Of a stretch of DNA of 64,000 nucleotides, positions 35,259 through 44,339 are shown one piece after another. How positions within the stretch are numbered: position 1 is the stretch's first letter; every line of letters starts with the position of its first letter. The notes beneath the pieces were generated by a model. It made no database searches, was not told the DNA's origin, and saw only the letters and a program-made list of their open reading frames with translations. Origin of the DNA: a virus; the IMG/VR virus record IMGVR_UViG_3300044730_002015, positions 1 to 64,000 of that record. The stretch is one strand, 5' to 3'. A program made the position numbers and the translations under genes.

Positions 35259-35752
35259 TGTGGTGCCCGATAGTTGGGATTGGCTATGGCTGGACATTCT
35301 TTGTTGATCTCCGCTGAACTCTTGGCTGCCAGTTCTTGCTGGGTATGTGCCGCGCCTGATGCCAGTTCAAGACAGCGCATGGCATTGCGTGTGCCACGGT
35401 TCACCAGGCGTTCTACTAGTTCTGGTTTTTCACGAGCTAACTGACCAAAGTCTCGGGGATTGCCGCGTGCGTCCTGGCTGAATTTTTTTGTCAGTGTATC
35501 TACTTCACCGCGATAGCGTTCTGCTAGATTCTGTAGATCACGATTGGTCTGCTGTATGGCTGCGATGTCTTCCACCATTTGTTTTAGCAAATCTTTTTGT
35601 TCTTGGATGCCTTGTTCTAGTCTACGTGCATTTTCTTGGCTTTGCACCAAGTCGGCTTTGATGTTGGAAACATACCAAAGGCCTGCGGCTATGATAACAG
35701 CGATGATCAGTGCTACTATGGATCGGATTATGGCGCCGACAGGCAGCATCAA
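35255..35752 (-). CDS. i-spanin-like protein
   Basis: N-terminal TM, long coiled coil, two C-terminal Cys; near the endolysin. Confidence 0.7.
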   Translation of the reverse strand: MMLPVGAIIRSIVALIIAVIIAAGLWYVSNIKADLVQSQENARRLEQGIQEQKDLLKQMVEDIAAIQQTNRDLQNLAERYRGEVDTLTKKFSQDARGNPRDFGQLAREKPELVERLVNRGTRNAMRCLELASGAAHTQQELAAKSSAEINKECPAIANPNYRAPQ

Positions 35753-36363
35753 GGCCTCTCGTAGCTGGCCTGGGCACGTGACATGGCTGTGCGAGCAGCA
35801 TCTGCTTGCTCCTGGCCTCGTGCTTCGGCGTCTCGTGTGCTGCCGCCGGGTTCTCCCGCAATATTTTTGATACGTTCTATTTTGGCTGGCTCTTCACCAT
35901 AGGTGTCGATAAAATATTGTCCAAGACCTTCATCATACTGCCAGTCAATGACTTTGACTGTGCCGTCTTTCATGGTCACACGATATCTGGCTGGTCTGAA
36001 CATACTTTCGGCCACACGTTGATCTGCTCTGAAATCTAGACCTGTGATTTTTTCTAAGGTGGCACGATACTGTGGATCCAATTTAACATGATGCTTATTG
36101 ATCAATGCCAGTATGTTATTGGCCACCATGTTTGTCATCGAGCTAGCCCGACCTGTTCTATATCTCATTACCAGATAATCAATGATTTCTCGAGAAGCTT
36201 CCGTGGCATCATCGCTGGTTACAGGAAAATACTTTTTTAGGATATTAACATATTCCACTGGCCGAGAATCTGACTCTAACAGAGTCAATGCAGATCGTAA
36301 AAATTTACTTTCTGCTATATCAGCAGGTGAATTTATGCCACCTACAATTTCATTAAGTTTCAT
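35749..36363 (-). CDS. modular hypothetical protein (MKLNEI...)
   Basis: ATG at 36363 coupled to the endolysin stop; DIAE|S, LLE|S and RVAE|S sites. Confidence 0.65.
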   Translation of the reverse strand: MKLNEIVGGINSPADIAESKFLRSALTLLESDSRPVEYVNILKKYFPVTSDDATEASREIIDYLVMRYRTGRASSMTNMVANNILALINKHHVKLDPQYRATLEKITGLDFRADQRVAESMFRPARYRVTMKDGTVKVIDWQYDEGLGQYFIDTYGEEPAKIERIKNIAGEPGGSTRDAEARGQEQADAARTAMSRAQASYERP

Positions 36364-36824
36364 GCAATCAATCCGGGCTTGTACACAGTCTTGCCATTTT
36401 CTTTCATGGCAGTCAGTACCTGTTTCTTGAGATTGCCTTCCACATAGCTCACATGGACCCAACCTGAATCGGGCACACCGGGAGTGTAAAATTCCAATAT
36501 CACTTGTGTAAATTCCAGATTGCTCACGATCCACTGTGCTAGATCGGCATTGGCCACTCCGGGAATCTCGATATCAGCGGCCTGGCCTTGGCAATGATCT
36601 GATGTTTTAGATCCACCCACGGCAGCATTAACATTGGGATGGCGGAAACCCGAATTCACTTTCACACCAGTTTTGTAGTGTTCGCGCACTGGTTGCAGAA
36701 CTCGTTCTGCTAGCCTTTTGAGATTGGCGATTTCTGCATCGCCGGGAGTGTTGTCTAGATTGTGACGCAGTGCTGTTTCTGACTTGATCATTTCTGACAG
36801 TGTGAAATTTTCTGTGAGTTTCAT
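36360..36824 (-). CDS. endolysin, peptidase M15A (D-Ala-D-Ala carboxypeptidase-like)
   Basis: NFTLSE, NSGFR...VGG...SDHCQGQAAD, WVHVSY Zn motifs. Confidence 0.9.
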   Translation of the reverse strand: MKLTENFTLSEMIKSETALRHNLDNTPGDAEIANLKRLAERVLQPVREHYKTGVKVNSGFRHPNVNAAVGGSKTSDHCQGQAADIEIPGVANADLAQWIVSNLEFTQVILEFYTPGVPDSGWVHVSYVEGNLKKQVLTAMKENGKTVYKPGLIA

Positions 36825-36834
36825 ATCTTGCTCC

Positions 36835-37377
36835 TTATCTTGTGATATGTGCCAGGTCTTGCCAGTTTTTTAAATCTCTGGCCACACGGCGATATATTGG
36901 TTTGATTGCTAGACCAGCGGCTTCGCGGATTTCATTGATATCGCCTTCTTTGTCACGATTGTATGCTGCCGGAGTCAATATCACGTTATTGGACACGGCT
37001 TTTTCACTGTAGGGATAAAGTTTTTTGCCCACACGTATTTTAAACTTGTCTGGATCAATGGCTGTGAGATTGGGCAGTTCGGTCATGACCTGATTGAAGT
37101 TTTTTACAAACTCTGGCGATCTGCGGAATTCAGCATAGACCAGATAACGATTGGGTTTGATTTCTCCCGGCGAGCGATCAGCATCCAGTATGAAGTCATA
37201 ACCTTTTTCCAACCACACAACCAAATCGTCTGCGGCCTGGCTGTTGCGCAGATAAAAACTTACTACTATGACATCAGCATCATCGCCCATGCGGCTTTCG
37301 AATTCATCGATGTGTACAGTAGGCTTGACCAAGCCCATCATGTCATGATATTCCAAACCTTCATTTAACTGTGTCAT
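36835..37377 (-). CDS. hypothetical phage protein (MTQLNE...)
   Basis: 180-aa ORF, ATGA-coupled. Confidence 0.7.
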   Translation of the reverse strand: MTQLNEGLEYHDMMGLVKPTVHIDEFESRMGDDADVIVVSFYLRNSQAADDLVVWLEKGYDFILDADRSPGEIKPNRYLVYAEFRRSPEFVKNFNQVMTELPNLTAIDPDKFKIRVGKKLYPYSEKAVSNNVILTPAAYNRDKEGDINEIREAAGLAIKPIYRRVARDLKNWQDLAHITR

Positions 37378-38012
37378 AGTGCCGGCGCTCCTAGTCCACC
37401 CACGCCTGAGCCCTGTCCCGGAGGTGCGCCCAATGAGCCTGGTTGTGGCACACCAGGTGTTAGAGCATCCTGAGCAGATGGTCCTGTTTGATTCTGTTCT
37501 TTGTCTAGATCTTCTTCGTAGGCATCATCAAGATCCGCCAAATCCACACTTTGGTCTTCTAATTCTAGGCTACCAGTCTTGATGTCTTGCATGAGGTCCT
37601 TGGGCATGGTAATGCGCACCAGCCATATGTCTTTTTGAATCATACGGGCTTTGTGCGTGCCAGGACGGAAATCTCCAGGGTTTGTGATCTTTTCTGGGAT
37701 CTTCATTTTGTCTTGTTTGTATTCCACTGTGCAGTCCAGGCTGGTTAGACGCAGTCCTGCTCTGGGATCGGGCATGAGTTTGTAAGGCCATAAGAATATG
37801 CAGGTCACTGTGTATCTGCTGACATCGGGACCTTCCACCAGTTCGCCAAAGCGCCAGTTTTTGTAACTGTAGATGTCTAGTTCATCCAGCACACGCTCAA
37901 AGTCCAGCAGCACAGCCATGCTGCCGTCTGAAGTGTAGATGCCTTTGATCACATCGGCTATCAGCCAGTAATCGTTGTCGCCAAAACCGTTTTCAAATAC
38001 CTTGATGCCCAT
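37374..38012 (-). CDS. hypothetical phage protein with an acidic/Gly-Pro tail
   Basis: 212-aa ORF; TAAATA 7 nt upstream. Confidence 0.7.
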   Translation of the reverse strand: MGIKVFENGFGDNDYWLIADVIKGIYTSDGSMAVLLDFERVLDELDIYSYKNWRFGELVEGPDVSRYTVTCIFLWPYKLMPDPRAGLRLTSLDCTVEYKQDKMKIPEKITNPGDFRPGTHKARMIQKDIWLVRITMPKDLMQDIKTGSLELEDQSVDLADLDDAYEEDLDKEQNQTGPSAQDALTPGVPQPGSLGAPPGQGSGVGGLGAPAL

Positions 38013-38180
38013 AGTGTATTATTTAGTGCTTTTGGGACCTAAGGGGATTTACTCGAGAGGGATTTGTTTGCGTGACAGCTTAATACTTAGCTGGTTTTTC
38101 CAGGGAGATATGTGCGGTTTAACTGGGGCCGCAGGTGATCTAAATAACATTGGTAGCGATAACACTTAGGAGAATCCACC

Positions 38181-38918
38181 TTGGCTCGCAACAAAAGAAT
38201 AGCAGCACAAAAAGCAGCACGTTACACCGAACAACAAATGGCACCCAACACCATAAACTTCCGAGAAGCACAGCGAGTCAGGCACATAGAACTGGTGCCC
38301 AAGAGCCTCAATCAAGAAAATTACATATTAAAGTTACTGGATCCCAAACAACACATTGTGATAGCATATGGTCCTGCAGGCACAGGCAAAACTTACATAG
38401 CCATGCAGGCCGCAATAAAACAGTTGAAGATGGGCGCCATCGAGCGCATCGTCCTCACTAGACCAGCCGTGGGCGTAGAAGATGAAAAGCATGGATTCTT
38501 ACCCGGGGATTTAAATTCAAAAATGGAACCCTGGACCAGACCACTTCTCGACGTGTTACGCGAATATTACAGCCCACGCGACATCGCAAAAATGCTAGAA
38601 GATCAGACTGTGGAGATATCCCCCCTGGCATTCATGCGCGGCCGTACCATGAAGTCAGCCTGGGTCGTTGCTGATGAAATGCAAAACGCCACTCCTGGTC
38701 AAATGAAGATGCTGCTGACTCGTATTGGCGTGGGATCTAAAATTGTTGTGACAGGAGACGTTGAGCAGGCCGACAGATCAACACGTGATAATGGCCTTCT
38801 AGACCTCGCAGAGAGGCTGAACGCTCAAGGAGTATATGGCCTAAGTATATGCAAGCTGGATCGCAGAGACTGCCAACGTCATTCTATCATTGATGGAATA
38901 TTAAAGTTGTACGACTAA
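38181..38918 (+). CDS. phoH: PhoH-family ATPase
   Basis: GPAGTGKT, LTRPAV, GFLPG, PLAFMRGRT, DEMQN, TGDVEQ; TTG start with AGGAG. Confidence 0.95.
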   Translation: MARNKRIAAQKAARYTEQQMAPNTINFREAQRVRHIELVPKSLNQENYILKLLDPKQHIVIAYGPAGTGKTYIAMQAAIKQLKMGAIERIVLTRPAVGVEDEKHGFLPGDLNSKMEPWTRPLLDVLREYYSPRDIAKMLEDQTVEISPLAFMRGRTMKSAWVVADEMQNATPGQMKMLLTRIGVGSKIVVTGDVEQADRSTRDNGLLDLAERLNAQGVYGLSICKLDRRDCQRHSIIDGILKLYD

Positions 38919-39031
38919 GAGGAGGTTCAATCATGAAATATCCCACCTCGTTTGATGATCTACAGGCGCATCCGCCTTAAAGCAGTGCCATGAGATCACT
39001 GTAGAACATCCGTGACGCTAGACGTCAATTC

Positions 39032-39064
39032 AGCCCGTTATACCCTAATGGGCTTTTTATTTTG
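39032..39064 (+). terminator. rho-independent terminator after phoH
   Basis: agcccgtta/taatgggct stem followed by a T-tract at the convergence point. Confidence 0.65.
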
Positions 39065-39464
39065 TTACAGGGCCACCTTCTACCCAGGCATCGCAGGTGC
39101 GTTTGGCAGCACATTTGAATTTCAAGAATTTACAGTAGCCCAGATCGCCAGCATCTATGGTATCTTCGGCAGCAGAGCTGGGCTCTGATCCAATGCCTTG
39201 AGCGATGCAGTCCAACATATCTGGCGATATGTCAAAGGCCGCACAGTTGCCGCAGCGACTTTGTTTGACCGATTGGATATCATCTGTGTTCCATTTGTCG
39301 GCCAACTCCTGCCAGTATTGGTCATTGGGTTCATTGGGATTCAATGGACCATAGTGATATTCATCTATGGCTTTTTGTCTGTTGCGGAGATTGAGATCGA
39401 TATCTTGGGTAGCCGGGGGACAGCCCTTTTCAATGGCTTCGATTATGTTGATGTAGTTTCTCAT
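39057..39464 (-). CDS. Cys-rich hypothetical protein, putative head-internal (MRNYINIIE)
   Basis: CPPAT, CGNC, GYC...KCAAKRTCDAW; CTS-like start. Confidence 0.7.
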   Translation of the reverse strand: MRNYINIIEAIEKGCPPATQDIDLNLRNRQKAIDEYHYGPLNPNEPNDQYWQELADKWNTDDIQSVKQSRCGNCAAFDISPDMLDCIAQGIGSEPSSAAEDTIDAGDLGYCKFLKFKCAAKRTCDAWVEGGPVTK

Positions 39465-39465
39465 T

Positions 39466-39816
39466 TTATTCCTTGGTTGGAACATTTTTGGCCGCACCGC
39501 TGCGTTCGGCATCGGGATCTTGTCTGCGTTTACGAGCAGCAGCCGAAGCACGGCCTTTTTTGCCCAAGGCGTGTGCCTTGGCCTGTGGCAAGCATTTGGG
39601 CTTGCCTTCGCCTTTGCTGCCTCTAGCACAGTCTCCGCGTATCTTGCCATCGGGTCCAAATCTCACCCACTTTTCTTTAAACCATTTGCGTAGATCTTCT
39701 TCTAATTCCTGTTCCGACACAGGCACGCAGTTGGGCACCATGCGGTCGCCTTTTTTCTTCATGCCCTGTTGCTGATAACCTGTCCAGCAGGCTTCAAGTA
39801 TTTCTTGATATCTCAT
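39466..39816 (-). CDS. two-module basic protein (MRYQEILE)
   Basis: CWTGY...VPNCVP module, then LEE|D, then LRKWFKEKWV...KCLP module. Confidence 0.7.
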   Translation of the reverse strand: MRYQEILEACWTGYQQQGMKKKGDRMVPNCVPVSEQELEEDLRKWFKEKWVRFGPDGKIRGDCARGSKGEGKPKCLPQAKAHALGKKGRASAAARKRRQDPDAERSGAAKNVPTKE

Positions 39817-39974
39817 TTTTTCTTACCACCGGTGCCCCAGTTGGCAGCACCTTTTTTGCGACACTGTACCAAGGCACCGGATGCATAGGCCGATGGCCAT
39901 ACCTTGTAGCGGCTGCGCACTTTATTATAGCAGGCATCTTTCTTGGCTTCTGATACAAATTCATGAGCACGCAT
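39813..39974 (-). CDS. 53-aa basic protein MRAHEFVSEAKKDACYNKVRSRYKVWPSAYASGALVQCRKKG...
   Basis: missed by the ORF track; TAATG and ATGA coupling on both sides; N-terminus nearly identical to 13586..13795. Confidence 0.75.
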   Translation of the reverse strand: MRAHEFVSEAKKDACYNKVRSRYKVWPSAYASGALVQCRKKGAANWGTGGKKK

Positions 39975-40177
39975 TATTCTTTGCTCCTGGCAACAAAATA
40001 TCCAGTGATTATGCCCACTATGCCTACCAAGGATTTTTCCAGCAGTTGTATCACTGCTGTGTCTGGTACTTTCATGTTTATTGCAGCAAGATGAAAATCA
40101 TAGATCACTGAGCCGCCCAGGATTAGTAAAAATCCCACGACCAGGATCAGCAGTATGATATCTTTGGGTGTCCACAT
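39974..40177 (-). CDS. small two-TM membrane protein
   Basis: two hydrophobic helices; probable start MWTPK. Confidence 0.6.
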   Translation of the reverse strand: MWTPKDIILLILVVGFLLILGGSVIYDFHLAAINMKVPDTAVIQLLEKSLVGIVGIITGYFVARSKE

Positions 40178-40208
40178 ATGGCAAATCTCTTTGCCATATT
40201 TATGTGTT

Positions 40209-40499
40209 TTAAGCGGGCTCTTGATCCCAATCCTCTTGGGCAGGTTCCTGAGGATGATTGTGATCCAGCAGCATGGCAAAATACTGCTGATAATGCGGAG
40301 TATAAGTTTCGATCAGTTTGTTCCAGTCCCGGCCAGCATTGACTCCGTTCACATGGGCCTGCACTACCTGCAGCCGTTTGAAGTCCAAGATAACTGCAGA
40401 TGACTGCAAATGGCTGGTTTTGATGCTGTTGCGAACTTCGCTGAGTTCATCTATGCGCCCATCGGCGCGTGTTACATATCGTACGATAAAGTATCTCAT
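40209..40499 (-). CDS. hypothetical protein
   Basis: 96 aa, ATGA-coupled to the clamp loader. Confidence 0.65.
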   Translation of the reverse strand: MRYFIVRYVTRADGRIDELSEVRNSIKTSHLQSSAVILDFKRLQVVQAHVNGVNAGRDWNKLIETYTPHYQQYFAMLLDHNHPQEPAQEDWDQEPA

Positions 40500-41413
40500 T
40501 TTTCTGTCAGTGTGATTAGTGTGGCTGCTAGATTGATTTCAGGGTCGGCTATGAATGCATGGTTGACCAGGCCATCGCGTATGGCCAAGACTGAATGATT
40601 GAATGCTTCATCGTCTTCGCCAAACAGTTCTATGTTGTCATACATCCAGGTATAGATGCTTTCATACTCACCAGCAGTGACATTGTTCAGTATGAGTTCT
40701 CTGGCCTGTTTATATTGCTGGCGCTTGAACAGTTCCACTGCCTGTGCCATGTAGTCGCCGGTGGCTGTGTCACTTGCGGGATTTTGTAGCACACCTCCAA
40801 CTGAACCCAACTGCACAGCATTGATAGATTTGCGCAGGTCGGGATAGTGTGCTGTGACATAACTGTCCAAGGTATCCAGTTCAAACTTCACGCTTTCCGA
40901 GAGCAGGATGGTGGCGATCCTGGCAGTGAGTTCGGTTTTGTCCAAGTCACGGATATGGAATCCTTGGCAACGACTGTGCAGTGCAGGTATCACTTTGTTG
41001 GGATAGTTACAGGTCAAGATAAAACGTGCTGTGCTGGCATATTCTTCCAACAAGCCACGCAACATGGCTTGACTGGCCTGGCTTAGATAGTCTGCTTCAT
41101 CCAACAGCACAACTTTGAATGCACCAAACGGCATGGTGCTCACAAAGTTCACCACCTTGTCACGCATGACTTCGATCTTGGTTTCGTTTGAAGCATTGAT
41201 CTGCATGACATCATATTCGTTGACTTCTAACTGATTGATCAAAATTTTGGCCAGTGTGGTTTTGCCTGTGCCCGGTGATCCCGAAAACAGCAGGTGTGGT
41301 ATGGCTCCATCTCGGATCCAGCCTTCCACCTGTGATTTTTGTGCTGCATCCATGAACACATAGTCGGCGGCTGTTGCGGGGCGATATTTTTCCACCCAGA
41401 GTCGATCAATCAT
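40496..41413 (-). CDS. clamp loader subunit (RFC small / T4 gp44-like)
   Basis: LWVEKYRP, PHLLFSGSPGTGKTT, NASNE, LDEADYLS, SRC. Confidence 0.93.
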   Translation of the reverse strand: MIDRLWVEKYRPATAADYVFMDAAQKSQVEGWIRDGAIPHLLFSGSPGTGKTTLAKILINQLEVNEYDVMQINASNETKIEVMRDKVVNFVSTMPFGAFKVVLLDEADYLSQASQAMLRGLLEEYASTARFILTCNYPNKVIPALHSRCQGFHIRDLDKTELTARIATILLSESVKFELDTLDSYVTAHYPDLRKSINAVQLGSVGGVLQNPASDTATGDYMAQAVELFKRQQYKQARELILNNVTAGEYESIYTWMYDNIELFGEDDEAFNHSVLAIRDGLVNHAFIADPEINLAATLITLTEK

Positions 41414-41476
41414 AAGTTTCCTTTGGCAATATCTAGTACTTTAGCACTCAGTTGGGTCTGTGTCAATGACAATTGG

Positions 41477-41947
41477 TTATTGTTTGATGGTATTTTGTTG
41501 CGCTTCGGCCACACGCTTGCGAAGGCTAGAACTGCTAAAAGAGTGGTCGCGTTTGTTGAACACCAATTCAATGCCACGCTCGATACAGATCTTGCGACCA
41601 GTGAAGTCTTTGTCTTCGTACTCTACACCCAAGATCCTGACATCTATAGGCAAGGTCAGCAGGATGTCTTCCAAATCTTTTTCTGTTTGGTACACCACTA
41701 TTTCATCCACGAATCTCGTGGCTGACAACTGTATCTGACGTTCCACTATGCTCTGCACCGGTGGATTTTTGCTGTCGGGTCTATCGATAGTGGGATCGGT
41801 CTGCAGGCCTGCTATGAGATAGTCACAGTGATTTTTGGCTTCGGCCAGCATGGCTATGTGGCCGGCGTGCAAGAGATCAAAGGTACTGAATGTTATACCT
41901 ATCTTTTGTCCTGCGTCTTTTAATTCTCTCACTCGGTTGAATATCAT
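41477..41947 (-). CDS. cytidylyltransferase (TagD/RfaE-II-like)
   Basis: FSTFDLLHAGH, ER...VDEIV, RDHSFSSSSLR. Confidence 0.85.
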   Translation of the reverse strand: MIFNRVRELKDAGQKIGITFSTFDLLHAGHIAMLAEAKNHCDYLIAGLQTDPTIDRPDSKNPPVQSIVERQIQLSATRFVDEIVVYQTEKDLEDILLTLPIDVRILGVEYEDKDFTGRKICIERGIELVFNKRDHSFSSSSLRKRVAEAQQNTIKQ

Positions 41948-42180
41948 TTGTTGTGTTGTTTTTTTAAAATGTGCAACATCCGTTGCTTTTCCCATTCTTC
42001 TTCGCCAGTGAATTTTGGCAAATTTTCATAGCGTTCATCTATAAAACACTTGATGTCATACAGATCTTTTTTGATATGGCTGGCGGTGAATCCGTCGTTG
42101 TAGGGACTGGCTATTTCGGCCATCATGCGACTGAGATCCAACCACACACGATTTTTATCCCAATCTATCTTATAGCCCAT
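41944..42180 (-). CDS. hypothetical protein
   Basis: small ORF coupled to its neighbours. Confidence 0.65.
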   Translation of the reverse strand: MGYKIDWDKNRVWLDLSRMMAEIASPYNDGFTASHIKKDLYDIKCFIDERYENLPKFTGEEEWEKQRMLHILKKQHNK

Positions 42181-42577
42181 CTTTGGCAAAGTCGTTCACA
42201 GTGGTTTTCATATAGCGCCCATCTACAGCATCGCCCATGGTATCGTCCTGTGGCAGTTCATCGGCTACCAGCAGGATATCATTGGGATCAATGCGGCGTA
42301 TGGTTCTAGTGCCTTGGTGATCTTCAATCTCCAGGCCTCTGGTCCAACGACCGTGTGCTATACACACATACTCTCCCACACGAACACTGGTCTGTTCAGG
42401 ACCCACAGCATACACTCGGCCCCAGCGAGGACGTATGCCCGTGGCCTGTCCGTTGTCATTGGGCAGGATCAGGCCTCCGGTGGTGATGCGCTCACGGAAT
42501 TCCATGTCAGTGACGATCACATGATCTCTCAAGGCACGCAGGCTGGAGATTTTTATAGGTTCAAATGCTAGAGTCAT
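42170..42577 (-). CDS. GroES/cpn10-like co-chaperonin
   Basis: LRALRDHVIV, TTGGLILP mobile loop, GRVYAVGP, VRVGEYV, DILLV. Confidence 0.85.
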   Translation of the reverse strand: MTLAFEPIKISSLRALRDHVIVTDMEFRERITTGGLILPNDNGQATGIRPRWGRVYAVGPEQTSVRVGEYVCIAHGRWTRGLEIEDHQGTRTIRRIDPNDILLVADELPQDDTMGDAVDGRYMKTTVNDFAKDGL

Positions 42578-42984
42578 TGTTTTTTAGTTTCCTTGGTTTT
42601 TGCTATGGCTGCTGCCAGGCCTGTCACAGGTTTCGCAGGCTCCTCCTTGACGATTTCTACATCATCCTCGGCCACATCTTCAGGAAAGTCCACTGGCTCT
42701 TCTGGTACAGGTGCTGGCAATGGTTCTTTAGATTTAATGGCCTCTGCTGGCTTCTCTGCACGTGGCTTTTGTGCATTGGTTGGACGATTTTGTTTTTTCC
42801 CTTGTGTACTATATTGTTCAGCCAATTGCTGTTGCCTGGTTTTGACTACATTATTATTGCTGTCGATGATGTCTCCCCTGGCATTGACTTTTTGATTGCC
42901 GATAGCTCGGACATTTTCATTGGCCAATACCATTGAACCCATATCAATAGTTTTACCCATGGCTGTTCTATAAGTTTTGCTCAT
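42574..42984 (-). CDS. hypothetical protein with a low-complexity P/E/K tail
   Basis: 136 aa, AAGGAG RBS. Confidence 0.7.
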   Translation of the reverse strand: MSKTYRTAMGKTIDMGSMVLANENVRAIGNQKVNARGDIIDSNNNVVKTRQQQLAEQYSTQGKKQNRPTNAQKPRAEKPAEAIKSKEPLPAPVPEEPVDFPEDVAEDDVEIVKEEPAKPVTGLAAAIAKTKETKKQ

Positions 42985-43002
42985 GATAGTTTTTCTCTCC
43001 TT

Positions 43003-43497
43003 TTATCGCAGAAATTCTGCGATATCTAAATCATACTCAAGACTATTTACACGATGTACACCCATGAGATAAAGAACAAAGCTGGCTACCGATGAGCCGC
43101 GGCCCACACCGTATATGATACGGTTGGCACGCATGACATCTACCAAGTATTTCAAGTAGCACAGCAAGGGAAAAAGATCTCGATCAAAATACATCAATAG
43201 TTCTTGTCCAGCACGCTGTCTTTCGGCATCGCAGGTGCAGAGATCCAAAACATATTGCGCGATATCCAATGTTCTATATTCTTCGGGCATGAGCCAGTGC
43301 TGTTGTGCCTGTTTATCCCAAAGATCTACAGGTACTGATATGTCAGTTGCTGTTTCAAATGTCAGGCCTAGATCTAAGCCATCTTGGCAAATAAAATCTA
43401 CCAGCACATGACCTAGATCAAGATCGGGATTTCTTTTAAGTGCTTGGATCAGATCTGATTCACTGTATACGAATCTGCCTACTGCATCAACTTTCAT
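43003..43497 (-). CDS. stand-alone fragment of DNA polymerase III alpha (DnaE) type
   Basis: GVGRGSSVASFVLYLMGVHRVNSLEYDLDIAEFLR aligns to the DnaE consensus GPGRGSAAGSLVAYxLGITxxDPLxYDLLFERFL. Confidence 0.75.
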   Translation of the reverse strand: MKVDAVGRFVYSESDLIQALKRNPDLDLGHVLVDFICQDGLDLGLTFETATDISVPVDLWDKQAQQHWLMPEEYRTLDIAQYVLDLCTCDAERQRAGQELLMYFDRDLFPLLCYLKYLVDVMRANRIIYGVGRGSSVASFVLYLMGVHRVNSLEYDLDIAEFLR

Positions 43498-44083
43498 TTT
43501 TGGTGAACTGTAGTATTTTGCTAACGGATTCAGATTTACCTTCATCGTCATCAAAGTGTAGATCTAGATCTCTCCAGGATTCCATGGGTTTGAGTTTAAC
43601 TATTTTACCACCAACATCTGTGAAATTACAGTAGTTAGGTGAATTTTCCACCCACCAACCGGTATCGTGGTCCAGAGATCCCGTGCTTTCATTTTCGTTG
43701 TGTAGATAGTGTACCCACTGTCCTTGGTTAGAGGCGATGCCGACATCCGTGACGATCAATGCTGTTTCTGCAATGGTGTTGAGTTTGAGATATATGGCTA
43801 TGCCCACTATCTGATCATAGCACTCATCGGGCAAGTCGATTACTCGGATGCCTTGGCTCTGCAGTGCTGAAATGCGATCCTTCTTAGAAGAATCTACCAA
43901 CACTGCACCGTCTAACACGTGATCAAAAAAATGTCTCCAACGATCAATGGCTATGTTCTGTGCTAGGGAATCTACTGTGTTGGTATAAAACTCTAGGCTA
44001 CAGGCCATTTCCTGTATGCAAAATTGATCGTTGAGAAAAATTCCTACATTGAAGGCATAACTCTTTTTCAGTCTTACATTCAT
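43487..44083 (-). CDS. hypothetical protein
   Basis: 198-aa ORF overlapping its neighbours. Confidence 0.7.
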   Translation of the reverse strand: MNVRLKKSYAFNVGIFLNDQFCIQEMACSLEFYTNTVDSLAQNIAIDRWRHFFDHVLDGAVLVDSSKKDRISALQSQGIRVIDLPDECYDQIVGIAIYLKLNTIAETALIVTDVGIASNQGQWVHYLHNENESTGSLDHDTGWWVENSPNYCNFTDVGGKIVKLKPMESWRDLDLHFDDDEGKSESVSKILQFTKNES

Positions 44084-44328
44084 GAAATATCAATCACAGT
44101 ATTGTAGTTGTTGGTGTTGCCTGAGTTGTTGCCGTACTTGGCATCCAGTTTGGTTTGCAGTATCTGCTTGTGACTTTCAATGGCCATGAATATCTGATTG
44201 GCCATGTGATTGTTGCGTGCGGTCTGGGCGTACTTGACTCGTTGATAGAGCCCCGAAATAATTTTTTCCATTTCTTCTATGCTTTTATCAGCATAGGCGG
44301 CAGGATCAATAAACGGGTGCTCCATCAT
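44080..44328 (-). CDS. small helical hypothetical protein
   Basis: 82-aa ORF, ATGA-coupled. Confidence 0.65.
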   Translation of the reverse strand: MMEHPFIDPAAYADKSIEEMEKIISGLYQRVKYAQTARNNHMANQIFMAIESHKQILQTKLDAKYGNNSGNTNNYNTVIDIS

Positions 44329-44339
44329 GGTCAGTGGCT

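Noticed and set aside
43487-44083. Possible second QueD/T-fold protein
   Set aside because: Only a vague resemblance; the catalytic His/Cys/Glu motifs are not identifiable
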